The notes under the pieces: generated by a model
Told to the model about the DNA's origin: nothing
What the model saw: the letters and a program-made list of their open reading frames with translations, nothing else
The model's database searches: none
In this document: in pieces, positions 22,332 to 31,607 of the stretch
How the letters are laid out: every line of letters begins with the position of its first letter
How positions within the stretch are numbered: position 1 is the first letter of the stretch
Made by a program: the position numbers and the translations under genes
Source of the DNA: Candidatus Bathyarchaeota archaeon
GTDB taxonomy: Archaea > Thermoproteota > Bathyarchaeia > Bathyarchaeales > Bathycorpusculaceae
Assembly: GCA_963806535.1 (NCBI GenBank)
Contig: CAWDYC010000009.1
Coordinates: 64,001-128,000 of the forward strand
Direction: 5' to 3'
Length of the DNA stretch: 64,000 nt

Positions 22332-23144
22332 TTACTTTTTTTGGCGACGCTTCTTAACCATCAATACGGCCAGTATAATGATTGAACCGACAATCGCCGC
22401 TATACCGAGTACATATCCCCAATCAACAAAAATCCGAGCTGGCCCAAAATCGACGTTTGTGCTGCCGAACTCAGCCGATTGAAAGTTATCGGCTATGCCT
22501 AATGCTTTGAGCAGGGGTTCATGATTTACTGTACCGTAGAGGAAAAGACCCGTGTCATACTCGTAACCAAAGAGATTATTGATTGTAGAGATGTCTTGTC
22601 CATCGATCTTGCCTACCATGTTTTCAAGCATGAAAGTGCGTTGTGCCCCCTGGTTCGCCGTTTTATACACAGTAGTATCGCCACCATATGAGGTGCTTAC
22701 ATTTGCGGTTGCCCTATCGGGAGGTAAATCCCAAAACACGACTTCTGCTCCGTCTGCGGGGCTGGAAGGCATCCACATGCGCGTTGTTCCAATCACGGTG
22801 CCGTTTTGCAGGTAAACGCTGCGGCTGGCGGTGTTTACGTTCACTGTGGCTGACGTGTAAAAGTTGTCGCTTGACAGGTCGGATGTAATTGTGTATGTGA
22901 CGTTTAGTGTTGCTGTGTTGCCATCTAGCCGGATGCATTCCCAGCGAAGTGTTGCTGAAGTAGCGTTTTTGTAGTCATGGAAACTATTGTTGAGAAACAT
23001 CAACTGTGAAACTATATAGGAAGTGCCCTCTTTGTGCATTTCTGAAAAAGGGAAAGTGTAGGTTGCATATGTGCCTGCCTTCATCCAGTTAGGGGCAAGA
23101 AAGCTTGTGGATTCGACTTGGGCGGCGCATGAGAGAGCAGACAA
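22332..23144 (-). CDS. secreted, C-terminally anchored protein (paralog of the upstream gene; start probably about 23215)
   Basis: LAPNWMKAGTYA...LRWECI...YEYDTGL, followed by a TM segment and a KKRRQKK tail. Confidence 0.75.
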   Translation of the reverse strand: MSALSCAAQVESTSFLAPNWMKAGTYATYTFPFSEMHKEGTSYIVSQLMFLNNSFHDYKNATSATLRWECIRLDGNTATLNVTYTITSDLSSDNFYTSATVNVNTASRSVYLQNGTVIGTTRMWMPSSPADGAEVVFWDLPPDRATANVSTSYGGDTTVYKTANQGAQRTFMLENMVGKIDGQDISTINNLFGYEYDTGLFLYGTVNHEPLLKALGIADNFQSAEFGSTNVDFGPARIFVDWGYVLGIAAIVGSIIILAVLMVKKRRQKK

Positions 23145-23225
23145 AGACAGCAGCAGAAGCGCCAGTACCGCGGCAGTAATAGTGCTCTTCTTTTTAGGTA
23201 ACCTCGTTTCAATTGCCTCCTCGCC

Positions 23226-24668
23226 CTATCTTCTTCGATGGCGCCTCACAATCATCAATACAGCGATTGCTACGATTGCACCTACAACCGCCCCTACACC
23301 GAGCCAATAGCTCCAATTAATAACAGCCCGTGCTGGTCCCATATCGACGTTTGTGGTTAGGGAGTTGAAAGGATCATAGATGTTTATGCCTAACGCGACA
23401 TGTATGGGTTCGAACGTGAAGTCATTGCCGCCGCCATCAACCATGAGACCCGTATCGTACTCATACGTGGCGGTTCCAAAGAAGCCCACCTTGTTGGTGT
23501 CCTTCCCGTTTATCGTACCAGCCACATTTGCAAGCTGAAAGGCGGTTTGGGCACCCTGCGGTGTTTCTGATGTCCATATGTTGTCGCCGTTAGGTATCTT
23601 TGTGGTGACGTTTGCGGTTACTTTGTCGGGCGGCATGTCCCAAAGCATGACTTCTTGCCCTTCTGCAGGACTGGATGGCAGCCAAAGATTTGTGGTTCCG
23701 ATAAGAGTGCCGTTTTGTAAGTATACGCTGCGGCTGGCGGTGTTCACATCAACTATGGCTGATGTGTAAAAGTTGTCGCTTGGAAGGTCAGAGTTAATGG
23801 TGTATGTGACGTTTAGTGTTGCCATATCTCCGCTTAGCTGGATGCATTCCCAGCGAAGAGCCACTGAAGTAACATTATTGTACTCGATTCCAATGCCATC
23901 AGTGCTATTTAGAAAATTCACATAAACAGATTTAGAGGTGTCTAAAACTCCATTTTGTATATGACATGCCCATCGGGGTTAAGTCGTAGTTTACGTATGT
24001 GCCTTCTTTCATCCAGCTTGGCGCCAGAAGGCTGGAAGATTGGGCTGTGCAGGCTGCGATGGGCACTAAAAGTATTAGGAGCGCCACTGCGGCGGCTGGC
24101 ACTACAACGCCTTTTGTGGACTGCGCTTTGTTTTCGGCCTCTGCTTCCTCTGGAGATGAGCCCTGCAATGGTGACTACTGCCCCCAACGCAGTGATGCCC
24201 AGTGATGCATACAGCAGGTCAGTTTCAATTCCGTATCCCGAGTACTCTATGAGATATTCTACTGCTTCTTTGGATGGATTATGGACAAGCAACATATAGT
24301 TGTCTCTACTATTGAGATGGAAAGTTACAACCTGCTGCTTTACCCCCTCGAAGGAACAAGCCGGCGCAAGCGTACCCTCAGTATTCCATAGCCGTATACC
24401 TTCTGAATTCAACACGTAAACGTCGAGTGTTCCATTAGATTTTACATCCATTCGAAAGTCACGTGGAACCTGGAAGTATGCGCCAAACGCTCCAGAGCTG
24501 CCAGTATTTCCTCTTGGACTCCAATCATCTGGCGCTAAACCATCAAACCCACTGCCAATTGAGCCACCACCTCCCTCTTTGGTGCTTCTATAGAGGGTGC
24601 CTACCAAGAAAGAGAGCCCGATCACTATGATTAGTATGCCTGTTTTGGTTAAACGGTTCATTTTCATT
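23226..24668 (-). CDS. membrane protein, probably one gene broken by indels near 24115 and 23960
   Basis: ORFs 23942-24703, 23932-24168 and 23226-23921 join up; the C-terminal half is paralogous to 22332-23144. Confidence 0.6.
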
Positions 24669-25442
24669 TTAGTCAACCTCCATAACACGGGTGAAGTACA
24701 CATAGGACCCCCCGATTAAGACCCCAAAAGCTACGAATGGTATCAAAACTGCCAGCAGCGTGTCGTTTGCTGTAACGCCGGTCGTACCGGGAATAGGTGG
24801 CATACCGTGTAGTTGTTGGCCAAAGTATTGGAGAAGATAATATACTCTACCTTCAGCTGACAGAACATTGTTGTATCCGAGAATGCTGTCGAGGCCGAAC
24901 AGCAACAGGACAGTAGCTAAAATCGACATGATTTCATTTTTCGTCACCATCGATATGCCAACAGCCACAGAACATGATAACATTAGCTCTAATAGTAAAC
25001 CGAACAGCGTCAGAAAGACCAGCGGATCAAAGGCAGCTATACCATCGATGTAAACATGCAGATAGTATATTGGAATGTATATTGCAAAAACTACAAGGAA
25101 TAGGGCTGTAAATTTGGAGAGGAAAAGCTCAGAACGCTTAATTGGGTAGGACAGCATGAGTTTTGTTTCGCCTCTGCCGATGCTGCCAGCGTAACTACGC
25201 GCAAAGAATGCGCCTGCAACCAGAGCCAAAATGAGCAATACTGTGCCTGAACCAAAAAACAGGTTGTAGTACGGGGTGGGCGGACTGAAGTAGGTATAAC
25301 TCAGTGTAGCGATGATTGCCGATGCAACAAGAAAAATTAGCAGGGGCAAGCTTAGGTATTCTTCTATTTCCCAGCGTATTAAGCCCAAAAACTTGTGCTG
25401 CGCCATTTTAGCTGCCTCCTGCGGTTTTTGCGTAGATTTCAT
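24669..25442 (-). CDS. ABC-2 type permease
   Basis: Six hydrophobic segments; RGETKLMLSYPIKRSELFLSKF. Confidence 0.88.
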   Translation of the reverse strand: MKSTQKPQEAAKMAQHKFLGLIRWEIEEYLSLPLLIFLVASAIIATLSYTYFSPPTPYYNLFFGSGTVLLILALVAGAFFARSYAGSIGRGETKLMLSYPIKRSELFLSKFTALFLVVFAIYIPIYYLHVYIDGIAAFDPLVFLTLFGLLLELMLSCSVAVGISMVTKNEIMSILATVLLLFGLDSILGYNNVLSAEGRVYYLLQYFGQQLHGMPPIPGTTGVTANDTLLAVLIPFVAFGVLIGGSYVYFTRVMEVD

Positions 25443-26328
25443 CTATGGTGCCTAGCATGTGTTGGAAGGTTTTTAGTTGCAGTTTGAGGTTAGCGGCGAT
25501 TTTGGGGACTTCGGTGTAGAATGCCGCTTCGTCTTTTACGTGGCAGTATATGATGTCGTTTTCCACCCAGACTTTTTCGATGTATGCAGCGGTTTTTAAT
25601 TTGTCAACGAGCAGCTGTGTGTTGGAGACTACGATTTTGTATGTGTTCGCCGAATACTTCGCTGATAAGTCATTTATGGGGCCTTGGTCAACAATTTTGC
25701 CGCTGTCTATGATTGATAGATAGGTGCATACTTTTTCTAAATCGCTCAAGATATGCGTTGATATCAAAAAGCTGATACCGTGTTCTTTGTTCATCTCTTT
25801 TATTATACCGAGAAGTGTTGCGCGGCCAATGGGGTCAATATTGGCGGTGGGTTCATCGAGAATGGCGAGTTCGGGGTCGCTTATTAATGCTTGGGCTAAG
25901 CCTAAACGGCGAATCATGCCTGCCGAGTATGCTTTGATGGGTTTCTCCCGTGCATCCCACAACCCCACAGCCTTCAATTGAGCATTAATTCGTTCCTCAG
26001 CCTGTGAGATGCCATAAATCCGCGCTACATGCTCAAGGTAACGTTTGCCATTGAAGCTACCTGGGTATGCGTTGGTTTCATGCATGACACCTAATTTGCT
26101 TCTGATCTTGTAGCTGTCCGTCCATGAATCTAAACCAAAAACGGTGGCTTTACCGCTCGCGGGTCTAAGTAGTCCTAACAGGACTCCGATGGTTGTGGTT
26201 TTGCCTGCGCCGTTTCTGCCTACAAAGCCAGCTATTCCCGGTGGCACATGTAAGTTTAGTTCTTTTAGGGCAAAATTTTTTCCAAATGATTTTGAGATCT
26301 TATCTGTGTTAACTATATTGTTACTCAA
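25408..26328 (-). CDS. ABC transporter ATP-binding protein
   Basis: GRNGAGKTT, YSAGM, ILDEPT, STH. Confidence 0.95.
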   Translation of the reverse strand: MSNNIVNTDKISKSFGKNFALKELNLHVPPGIAGFVGRNGAGKTTTIGVLLGLLRPASGKATVFGLDSWTDSYKIRSKLGVMHETNAYPGSFNGKRYLEHVARIYGISQAEERINAQLKAVGLWDAREKPIKAYSAGMIRRLGLAQALISDPELAILDEPTANIDPIGRATLLGIIKEMNKEHGISFLISTHILSDLEKVCTYLSIIDSGKIVDQGPINDLSAKYSANTYKIVVSNTQLLVDKLKTAAYIEKVWVENDIIYCHVKDEAAFYTEVPKIAANLKLQLKTFQHMLGTIDEIYAKTAGGS

Positions 26329-26396
26329 GCGCTGTCCCCCTTCTTACTTTAAAGGGAGTTTGTCGCCTATTAGTATTGCGCAATGTTTAAATAATA

Positions 26397-26416
26397 GTAA
26401 GCCACGAAAGGCTTAC
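26397..26416. promoter_or_regulatory. palindromic operator GTAAGCC-N6-GGCTTAC (copy 1)
   Basis: GTAAGCCACGAAAGGCTTAC lies just upstream of the TTTAAA box of the ABC operon. Confidence 0.7.
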
Positions 26417-26435
26417 ATAATGGCTGTTTTGGCAA

Positions 26436-27167
26436 TTAGCTCTGACCTGGCGGCTTAGCAGGCCACCCGAGATAATTACCCTCTGAGTTAAACAAATACG
26501 ACGGGTCAGGAGCTGTAGGAAAAGTAAAATGATCATTACTCCACAGGATCCCGTCCGGAGTATTAAACACGATAGTGTACAACATAGGACGCCAACTGTA
26601 TGGCCACGGATAACTTACCGTTACGTTGCATCCCCCTTGTTCACTGGTGAGGGTTGGCTGTTGCACTTCGGTTTTTGACAGCTCCGTAAGATTATACAAC
26701 TGCAAATTCACCACACCCACTGAATGTGCTCCTACAGTGAAGGATCCATCTAGCAACGCAAACAGTTTGCCATCTCGGTAAATCTCGATGGATGTTACAG
26801 TCAAATTTTGATCCCCAGTGTTAGTTAGGCTCACATTTATGTTGCCTAAATCGTCGTTGCTGCATTCGGATATTTCGCCGCCGCCATCAAATCCGTTTGA
26901 ATTGTTGGTTTCTGTTATGGCCTGATATGTTGCGTTTTGTATGTACTTTGGGCCTTCGCCTACATTAGCAATTGAAAGAATGGTGCTTGATGCTAAGACC
27001 GTGCCCTGCCCAACTATTAAGCCGGCATAGAATGGAGCTAAACTTGCAAAGATGCTGACGCTCAGTATGGCGCCGATTAAGGTGGCTGCAAGCAGTTTTT
27101 TGTGGCTGTGTTTTGGCGGCTCAGGCGGTATTCTGCACCAATCAAAGAATTTGTTGCCGATACTCAT
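26436..27167 (-). CDS. single-pass membrane protein with an Ig-like extracellular domain
   Basis: Short N-terminus FFDWCRIPPEP, a TM segment, then VSLTNTGDQNLTVTSI; ATGA overlap with the HTH gene. Confidence 0.7.
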   Translation of the reverse strand: MSIGNKFFDWCRIPPEPPKHSHKKLLAATLIGAILSVSIFASLAPFYAGLIVGQGTVLASSTILSIANVGEGPKYIQNATYQAITETNNSNGFDGGGEISECSNDDLGNINVSLTNTGDQNLTVTSIEIYRDGKLFALLDGSFTVGAHSVGVVNLQLYNLTELSKTEVQQPTLTSEQGGCNVTVSYPWPYSWRPMLYTIVFNTPDGILWSNDHFTFPTAPDPSYLFNSEGNYLGWPAKPPGQS

Positions 27168-27622
27168 TCTTTATCACCTGTAATTGCGGCAAATAGTTTT
27201 TCTGCGTAATCCGAGGGTAAGCAGTCTCCTTGCAAATCTATGTTTCGTTCTTTTGCTTCTGAAATTAGTGCTTCTTTGCATTCTTGGAGTTGGTCGCAGT
27301 TTTTGCAGTCGCCCTCATGTTTGTACCAGAGTTGAATGCCGTTTTTTGTGGAGAAGGTAATTAGGGTTTTTGTTTTGAAGTGGGGACTGTATCCAAGTAA
27401 GAACCCTCTCATGGGGTTTACGGTTTGGATTTTGATTTTGTTTATTCGGGCAGTTTCTTCGAGTGATTCAGTGATTTTTAGATGAGCGATACCTATGGCT
27501 TTGTGTATTGTTTGTCGGCTCACTTGGAGTTCTCTTGCGATGCTTGCTTCTTGGAGTCCTGTGCGTTTGTATTCCCAGATTTGTAGCTGTTTTGGGGTTA
27601 GGTAGCCGATGCTTAAGCTCAT
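27164..27622 (-). CDS. HTH regulator with C-terminal His/Cys cluster
   Basis: LTPKQLQIW...IARELQVSRQTIHK HTH; HEGDCKNC-x5-C. Confidence 0.8.
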   Translation of the reverse strand: MSLSIGYLTPKQLQIWEYKRTGLQEASIARELQVSRQTIHKAIGIAHLKITESLEETARINKIKIQTVNPMRGFLLGYSPHFKTKTLITFSTKNGIQLWYKHEGDCKNCDQLQECKEALISEAKERNIDLQGDCLPSDYAEKLFAAITGDKE

Positions 27623-27638
27623 TTTCCGCCGCCTCTGC

Positions 27639-27658
27639 GTAAGCCTTACATGGCTTAC
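27639..27658. promoter_or_regulatory. palindromic operator GTAAGCC-N6-GGCTTAC (copy 2)
   Basis: GTAAGCCTTACATGGCTTAC lies between the TTAAATA box and the start of the HTH gene. Confidence 0.7.
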
Positions 27659-27760
27659 TTAATATTTAAGGGTAATCTTGCCGCTTGCCTACATTTGCCC
27701 ACGCTTTTTTGGCATCAGAACCCAAAAATTTCAATCAACAAGCACATCAAGACAAGTTTT

Positions 27761-27914
27761 TGGTCGGGAGAGCAGGATTTGAACCTGCGACGGCTCGGTA
27801 TCTGTGGCCTGTGCAGGCTAGAATAAAGCCTACCATGGGTAGACCTCTACAGCGTCTCCGCAGGCTAAGCGTGTTAGCCAGCTCGAGAGCTCTGCCAGGC
27901 TGAGCTACCTCCCG
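27761..27914 (-). tRNA. tRNA-Tyr(GUA) with two introns (30/31: 27854-27883; 37/38: 27800-27846)
   Basis: Acceptor CGGGAGG/TCTCCCG + A + CCA; D arm GCTC/GAGC; after intron removal CTCGG-CTGTAGA-CCGAG; T arm GCAGG-TTCAAAT-CCTGC; both introns fold as BHB motifs. Confidence 0.92.
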
Positions 27915-28047
27915 ACAAAGTCCATAAGGATAAGAGCAAAGAATTTATGTTTTTTGGCATACACCCATTTGTCCAGTCATACTAAACATTTTAATCTATT
28001 AGCAAGAATGTTTTAGATTGATTTTGAAGAGAAAAGAGGCATAGTTT

Positions 28048-29014
28048 ATGGTTAAAACCATTGGCGTTGTTACATCGGGCGGCGATGCACCAGGAATGAA
28101 CGCTGCCATTCGAGCGGTAACAAGGATCAGCCACGCTAAAGGCTTTCAAGTTATAGGTTTCGAAAGAGGATGGGATGGATTATTAACTAACTCGTTCAAG
28201 AAGCTTACGCCTCGCAGTGTGGGCGGCATAATTCAGTTAGGCGGAACCATACTGCATACGTTGCGGTGTCCAGGTTTTGAAGAGCAAGGCGCTGTTAGAG
28301 AAGGCTGCAGAAACCTTGTCAATTAATAATGTTGATGGTTTAGTCGTTATCGGCGGCGACGGCTCATTTAGAGGTGCTTTAGATTTAGGCAAAGAAACTG
28401 ATGCTTTGATGGTTGGTATACCTGCTACAATAGACAATGATGTGTGTGGAACAGATGAAACAATAGGCTTTGACACAGCAGTCAACACAGCAGTAAGCAC
28501 TATTGACAAAATCAGAGACACAGCAATTTCTCATGAACGAATATTTATTGTTGAAGTTATGGGTAGAAAGAGAGGATTCTTAGCGTTGGAAGTGGGCATT
28601 TGTGTTGGTGCAGAAGTGATTTTGATTCCTGAGAAACCCACAAGCGTTGCTGATATCGTGAGGTTGATGGAGGAAAACGCGAAGAAAGGCAAAAGAGCCG
28701 GAATAATAGTTGCGGCAGAAGGCTGTGGCAGCACAAGCAAACTTGCCTTGGAAATGCAGCAGCAAACAGAATCTGAAGTTAGGCTTTCGATTCTTGGGTA
28801 TGCCCAGCGGGGTGGGAGTCCAACGACGCGCAGCAGGTTACTTGCCAGTTTATTTGCGGAGAAAGCCGTTGATTTAATCTGTCAGGGAAAAAGCAATATG
28901 GCGGTTGGACTGCAAAAAGGTGTAATTGCTGGTTACGATCTTGAGACGGCAGCTAATGGTAAGAAGCCGATTGATTTAAGGTTGCTTCAAGTAGCAGATA
29001 TGCTTGCAACATAA
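28048..29014 (+). CDS. pfkA: ATP-dependent 6-phosphofructokinase, PfkA family (frameshift near 28280)
   Basis: TSGGDAPGMNAA, GGTIL, GGDGS, PATIDND, EVMGR, LGYAQRGG. Confidence 0.92.
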
Positions 29015-29210
29015 GCCCTCTTCACTTTTTAGTATGTTAACCAGAGTCAAGTAGTGAATGCTCCCCCCATCAAAAACAATTTTGACTAGGTCAACGTACT
29101 CTTAAATGTTAAGAAACTAAATTTAATCGTTCTTTCGCAAAATATAAATTTTTATAGTAATAGTGCCCATTTAACAAGCAAGATGCACCTATCTTGGTGT
29201 CAACTGCGAT

Positions 29211-29753
29211 ATGACAAGTGAGTTAACGTCAATTAATCGAGAGCTAAGGAATTATGAAGCCGCCAAAATAATAGGTTTGATCTCCGATACTCATGTGCCT
29301 AAAAGGGCACTGTGTATTCCCAAAAGGGTTTTTGATGTTTTTGCAAATGTTGATTTTGTTATTCATGCAGGCGACTTGGTAGAGCTGGCGGTCATTGATG
29401 AGCTGGAGCAGGCTGCCCCTGTTTTAGCAGTTCACGGAAACATGGATAGCTTTGAAGTCAGTAATGCGTTGCCTAAGCTTAATTCTCTAAAGATTTTTGA
29501 TTGGAAAATTGGTGTTATTCATGATCCTGACAGCTTTTTTGAACGGGGAAAAATGCAGGATATAGCTAAAGAGAATGGCTTCAATGTTTTGGTTTATGGT
29601 CATACGCATGTTTCAAAAATAAAATGGGAAGGCAAAACCCTCTACATTAACCCAGGAAGCCCAACCGATCCAGCATCAATCCTCAACAAACCTTCAGTTG
29701 CGTTGCTGAAAATAACTAAGGAAGCGATTACTCCTCAAATAATAAACCTCTAA
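29211..29753 (+). CDS. YfcE/MJ0936 family metallophosphoesterase
   Basis: SDTH, HAGD, GNMD, GHTH, NPGS. Confidence 0.9.
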   Translation: MTSELTSINRELRNYEAAKIIGLISDTHVPKRALCIPKRVFDVFANVDFVIHAGDLVELAVIDELEQAAPVLAVHGNMDSFEVSNALPKLNSLKIFDWKIGVIHDPDSFFERGKMQDIAKENGFNVLVYGHTHVSKIKWEGKTLYINPGSPTDPASILNKPSVALLKITKEAITPQIINL

Positions 29754-30199
29754 CTAAAAAGTAGAGACCAAAAAAAGACAAGGTACAATGCTATTCCAAA
29801 AAAAAGCGAAACAAGCCAGGAAATCATTGTCCCAAGCATTAACTTTTTTCTGTTAAAGCAGCCTCTCAAGCCTTGATAACGCCAAGCAATTACAAACCAG
29901 ACACCAAATGATACGGCTGCTATGCCAAAAGGAACATGAATTAAAGTAATAGTTGATACGATGCCGTAGGTATTTCGAATGATGAATTCTGGAATTACTG
30001 CTAAAACAAGAGAAGGAATCATAATTGCAAATATTGCGATAAGATGCAAAACCACTGCCCAAGCCATTATTTTTCCATGACGTTGAAATAATAGCTTTTT
30101 GAAAAGCCAATAACCGTAAATCAGCAAGGCTAAAACGATGATCTGAATTAACAAACCAATTGTGGGAATTACGAAGTAGGGATTTGTTAAAAGAGACAA
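29750..30199 (-). CDS. four-TM membrane protein (DUF420-like)
   Basis: Four hydrophobic helices with His residues (RHGKIM, VLH, LIH). Confidence 0.6.
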   Translation of the reverse strand: MSLLTNPYFVIPTIGLLIQIIVLALLIYGYWLFKKLLFQRHGKIMAWAVVLHLIAIFAIMIPSLVLAVIPEFIIRNTYGIVSTITLIHVPFGIAAVSFGVWFVIAWRYQGLRGCFNRKKLMLGTMISWLVSLFFGIALYLVFFWSLLFS

Positions 30200-30334
30200 G
30201 CTTCAACAACTTACCACTTAAAGTCTTAGCGTATAAAGTTTCACTTTCACTCACCCCTCCACTGCTTCAAACCGCAGTTTCTGCAACCGACTTAAAAGCA
30301 AATAAAATCACAACTTGATTCTGAGGTCAAAAAA

Positions 30335-30472
30335 ATGGAACGTTGTAAAAACCCCTGGAAAAACAATTGTAACAGCGAAAACATAAAACTCTATATCCAA
30401 AAAAACGGTGAAAACTTGCCGATTTGCCAGCAGTGCTGGATCAAAATTGCGGATCAAGAACAAGAGTGGTGA
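30335..30472 (+). CDS. small zinc-finger-like protein, 45 aa (not in the ORF track)
   Basis: MERCKNPWKNNCNSENIKLYIQKNGENLPICQQCWIKIADQEQEW, preceded by GAGGT. Confidence 0.65.
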   Translation: MERCKNPWKNNCNSENIKLYIQKNGENLPICQQCWIKIADQEQEW

Positions 30473-30478
30473 AGAAGA

Positions 30479-30727
30479 ATGGAGAATTTCAGTGCTAATT
30501 GCGCTAAATCGTACATTGGAAAAAACGTTAACCTTCACTTAAAGGATGGTGCCGTAATAATAAATGTGGAGTTAACGCGCATTCGTAAAGGCGCGGGAAA
30601 AAACAGCTTAATCGAATACACTGCAGCGAGAAAACGTAGAGCAACTAGCATACCTTTGAGAAACGTTGCATGGGCTGAAATGTTAAATCGAAATATTATG
30701 CAAATTGGTCGTCCAAAATGTTCTTAG
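30479..30727 (+). CDS. small hypothetical protein, possibly Sm-like beta fold
   Basis: YIGKNVNLHLKDGAVIINV...IPLRNVAWAE. Confidence 0.55.
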   Translation: MENFSANCAKSYIGKNVNLHLKDGAVIINVELTRIRKGAGKNSLIEYTAARKRRATSIPLRNVAWAEMLNRNIMQIGRPKCS

Positions 30728-30771
30728 AAATGGGATAAAAACAGAAATACAAGCCACACATTACAAAGCTT

Positions 30772-31161
30772 ATGCGCTGCTCAAACTGCGGGATTTGTTG
30801 TACCGAAACGGAAATGCTGCTTGCAATAAGAGACATAAGACGTCTAGAAAAGAAAGGATTTAGCAGTAATTTCTTTACGGAATTTGACAAGCAGGGTTAT
30901 GCGGTGCTTAAGAATCGGGATGGATACTGTGTTTTCTATGACTTGAAAGGTCGCCGTTGCAGTGTTTACTCTGATAGGCCATCGGGTTGTCGGGTTTACC
31001 CCGTTATTTTGGATGAGGAAAAGGGAGTAGTTTTTGATGATATCTGCGGTTCTTGCGCCAGCATTTCTTTGAAAGAAAAAAAAGTGAAAGGAAAAAAAGT
31101 AATTAAGCTGTTGGAGAAAATCGACTCTGAAGCAGAAAACAGGCGTTCTAAAGTTTCATAA
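30772..31161 (+). CDS. YkgJ family Cys-cluster protein
   Basis: CSNCGICC, CVFYD, CSVYSDRPSGCRVYP. Confidence 0.88.
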   Translation: MRCSNCGICCTETEMLLAIRDIRRLEKKGFSSNFFTEFDKQGYAVLKNRDGYCVFYDLKGRRCSVYSDRPSGCRVYPVILDEEKGVVFDDICGSCASISLKEKKVKGKKVIKLLEKIDSEAENRRSKVS

Positions 31162-31316
31162 GAGTTGGGTTTACTTCGTCTTTTTGTGAACGTTTTTATA
31201 TTGGCAACAAACTATTTTTGTCTTCTTTTAAGCTGCTAATTCTTGCTTTGAAACAAGACTAGTTCTTACATATTTACAGCAGTCAATTCTGCTGTTGGAT
31301 TGAGAACTTAAGAGCA

Positions 31317-31460
31317 TTATTTTTCTTGTTTTGTTTTGTCCTTAGCGAGCAGGTATTCTACGTATTCTCTTATGTTGCGGTTGGTTTCGTTGGCTCTTTT
31401 TTTGATGTCTTCATGAACTTTGTCTGTTACTGTTATGCATTTGTATCCTTTACGTGGCAA
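31317..31460 (-). CDS. ribbon-helix-helix-like protein, 47 aa (not in the ORF track)
   Basis: TTG start; MPRKGYKCITVTDKVHEDIKKRANETNRNIREYVEYLLAKDKTKQEK. Confidence 0.7.
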   Translation of the reverse strand: MPRKGYKCITVTDKVHEDIKKRANETNRNIREYVEYLLAKDKTKQEK

Positions 31461-31607
31461 ATGTCTAAGTCTCCCTTCCGTACTTTACAGTACACTGGTT
31501 ATATATAATTGACGGTGTTGTATGCCGCCTACCTCGACTGCTTGTTCTCGATTGTGAAACCTTATATAAATGTACGTTCGCTAACTATGGTTTAGAGGGG
31601 AACCTAA

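Larger units (their letters stand above)
22298..27788. mobile_element. tRNA-Tyr-integrated island, no integrase seen
   Basis: Bounded by 28-bp direct repeats; one co-oriented gene block that looks more GC-rich than its flanks. Confidence 0.7.

Noticed and set aside
22297-22482. MVGRAGFKPA ORF, and 27685-27903, as pieces of a split SSV-type integrase
   Set aside because: They are antisense translations of the tRNA end and of a real gene; no R...HxxR...Y catalytic residues follow.
29036-29050. GTTAACCAG match to the tRNA-Asn anticodon arm
   Set aside because: Only 9 bp and not near the tRNA, so consistent with chance.
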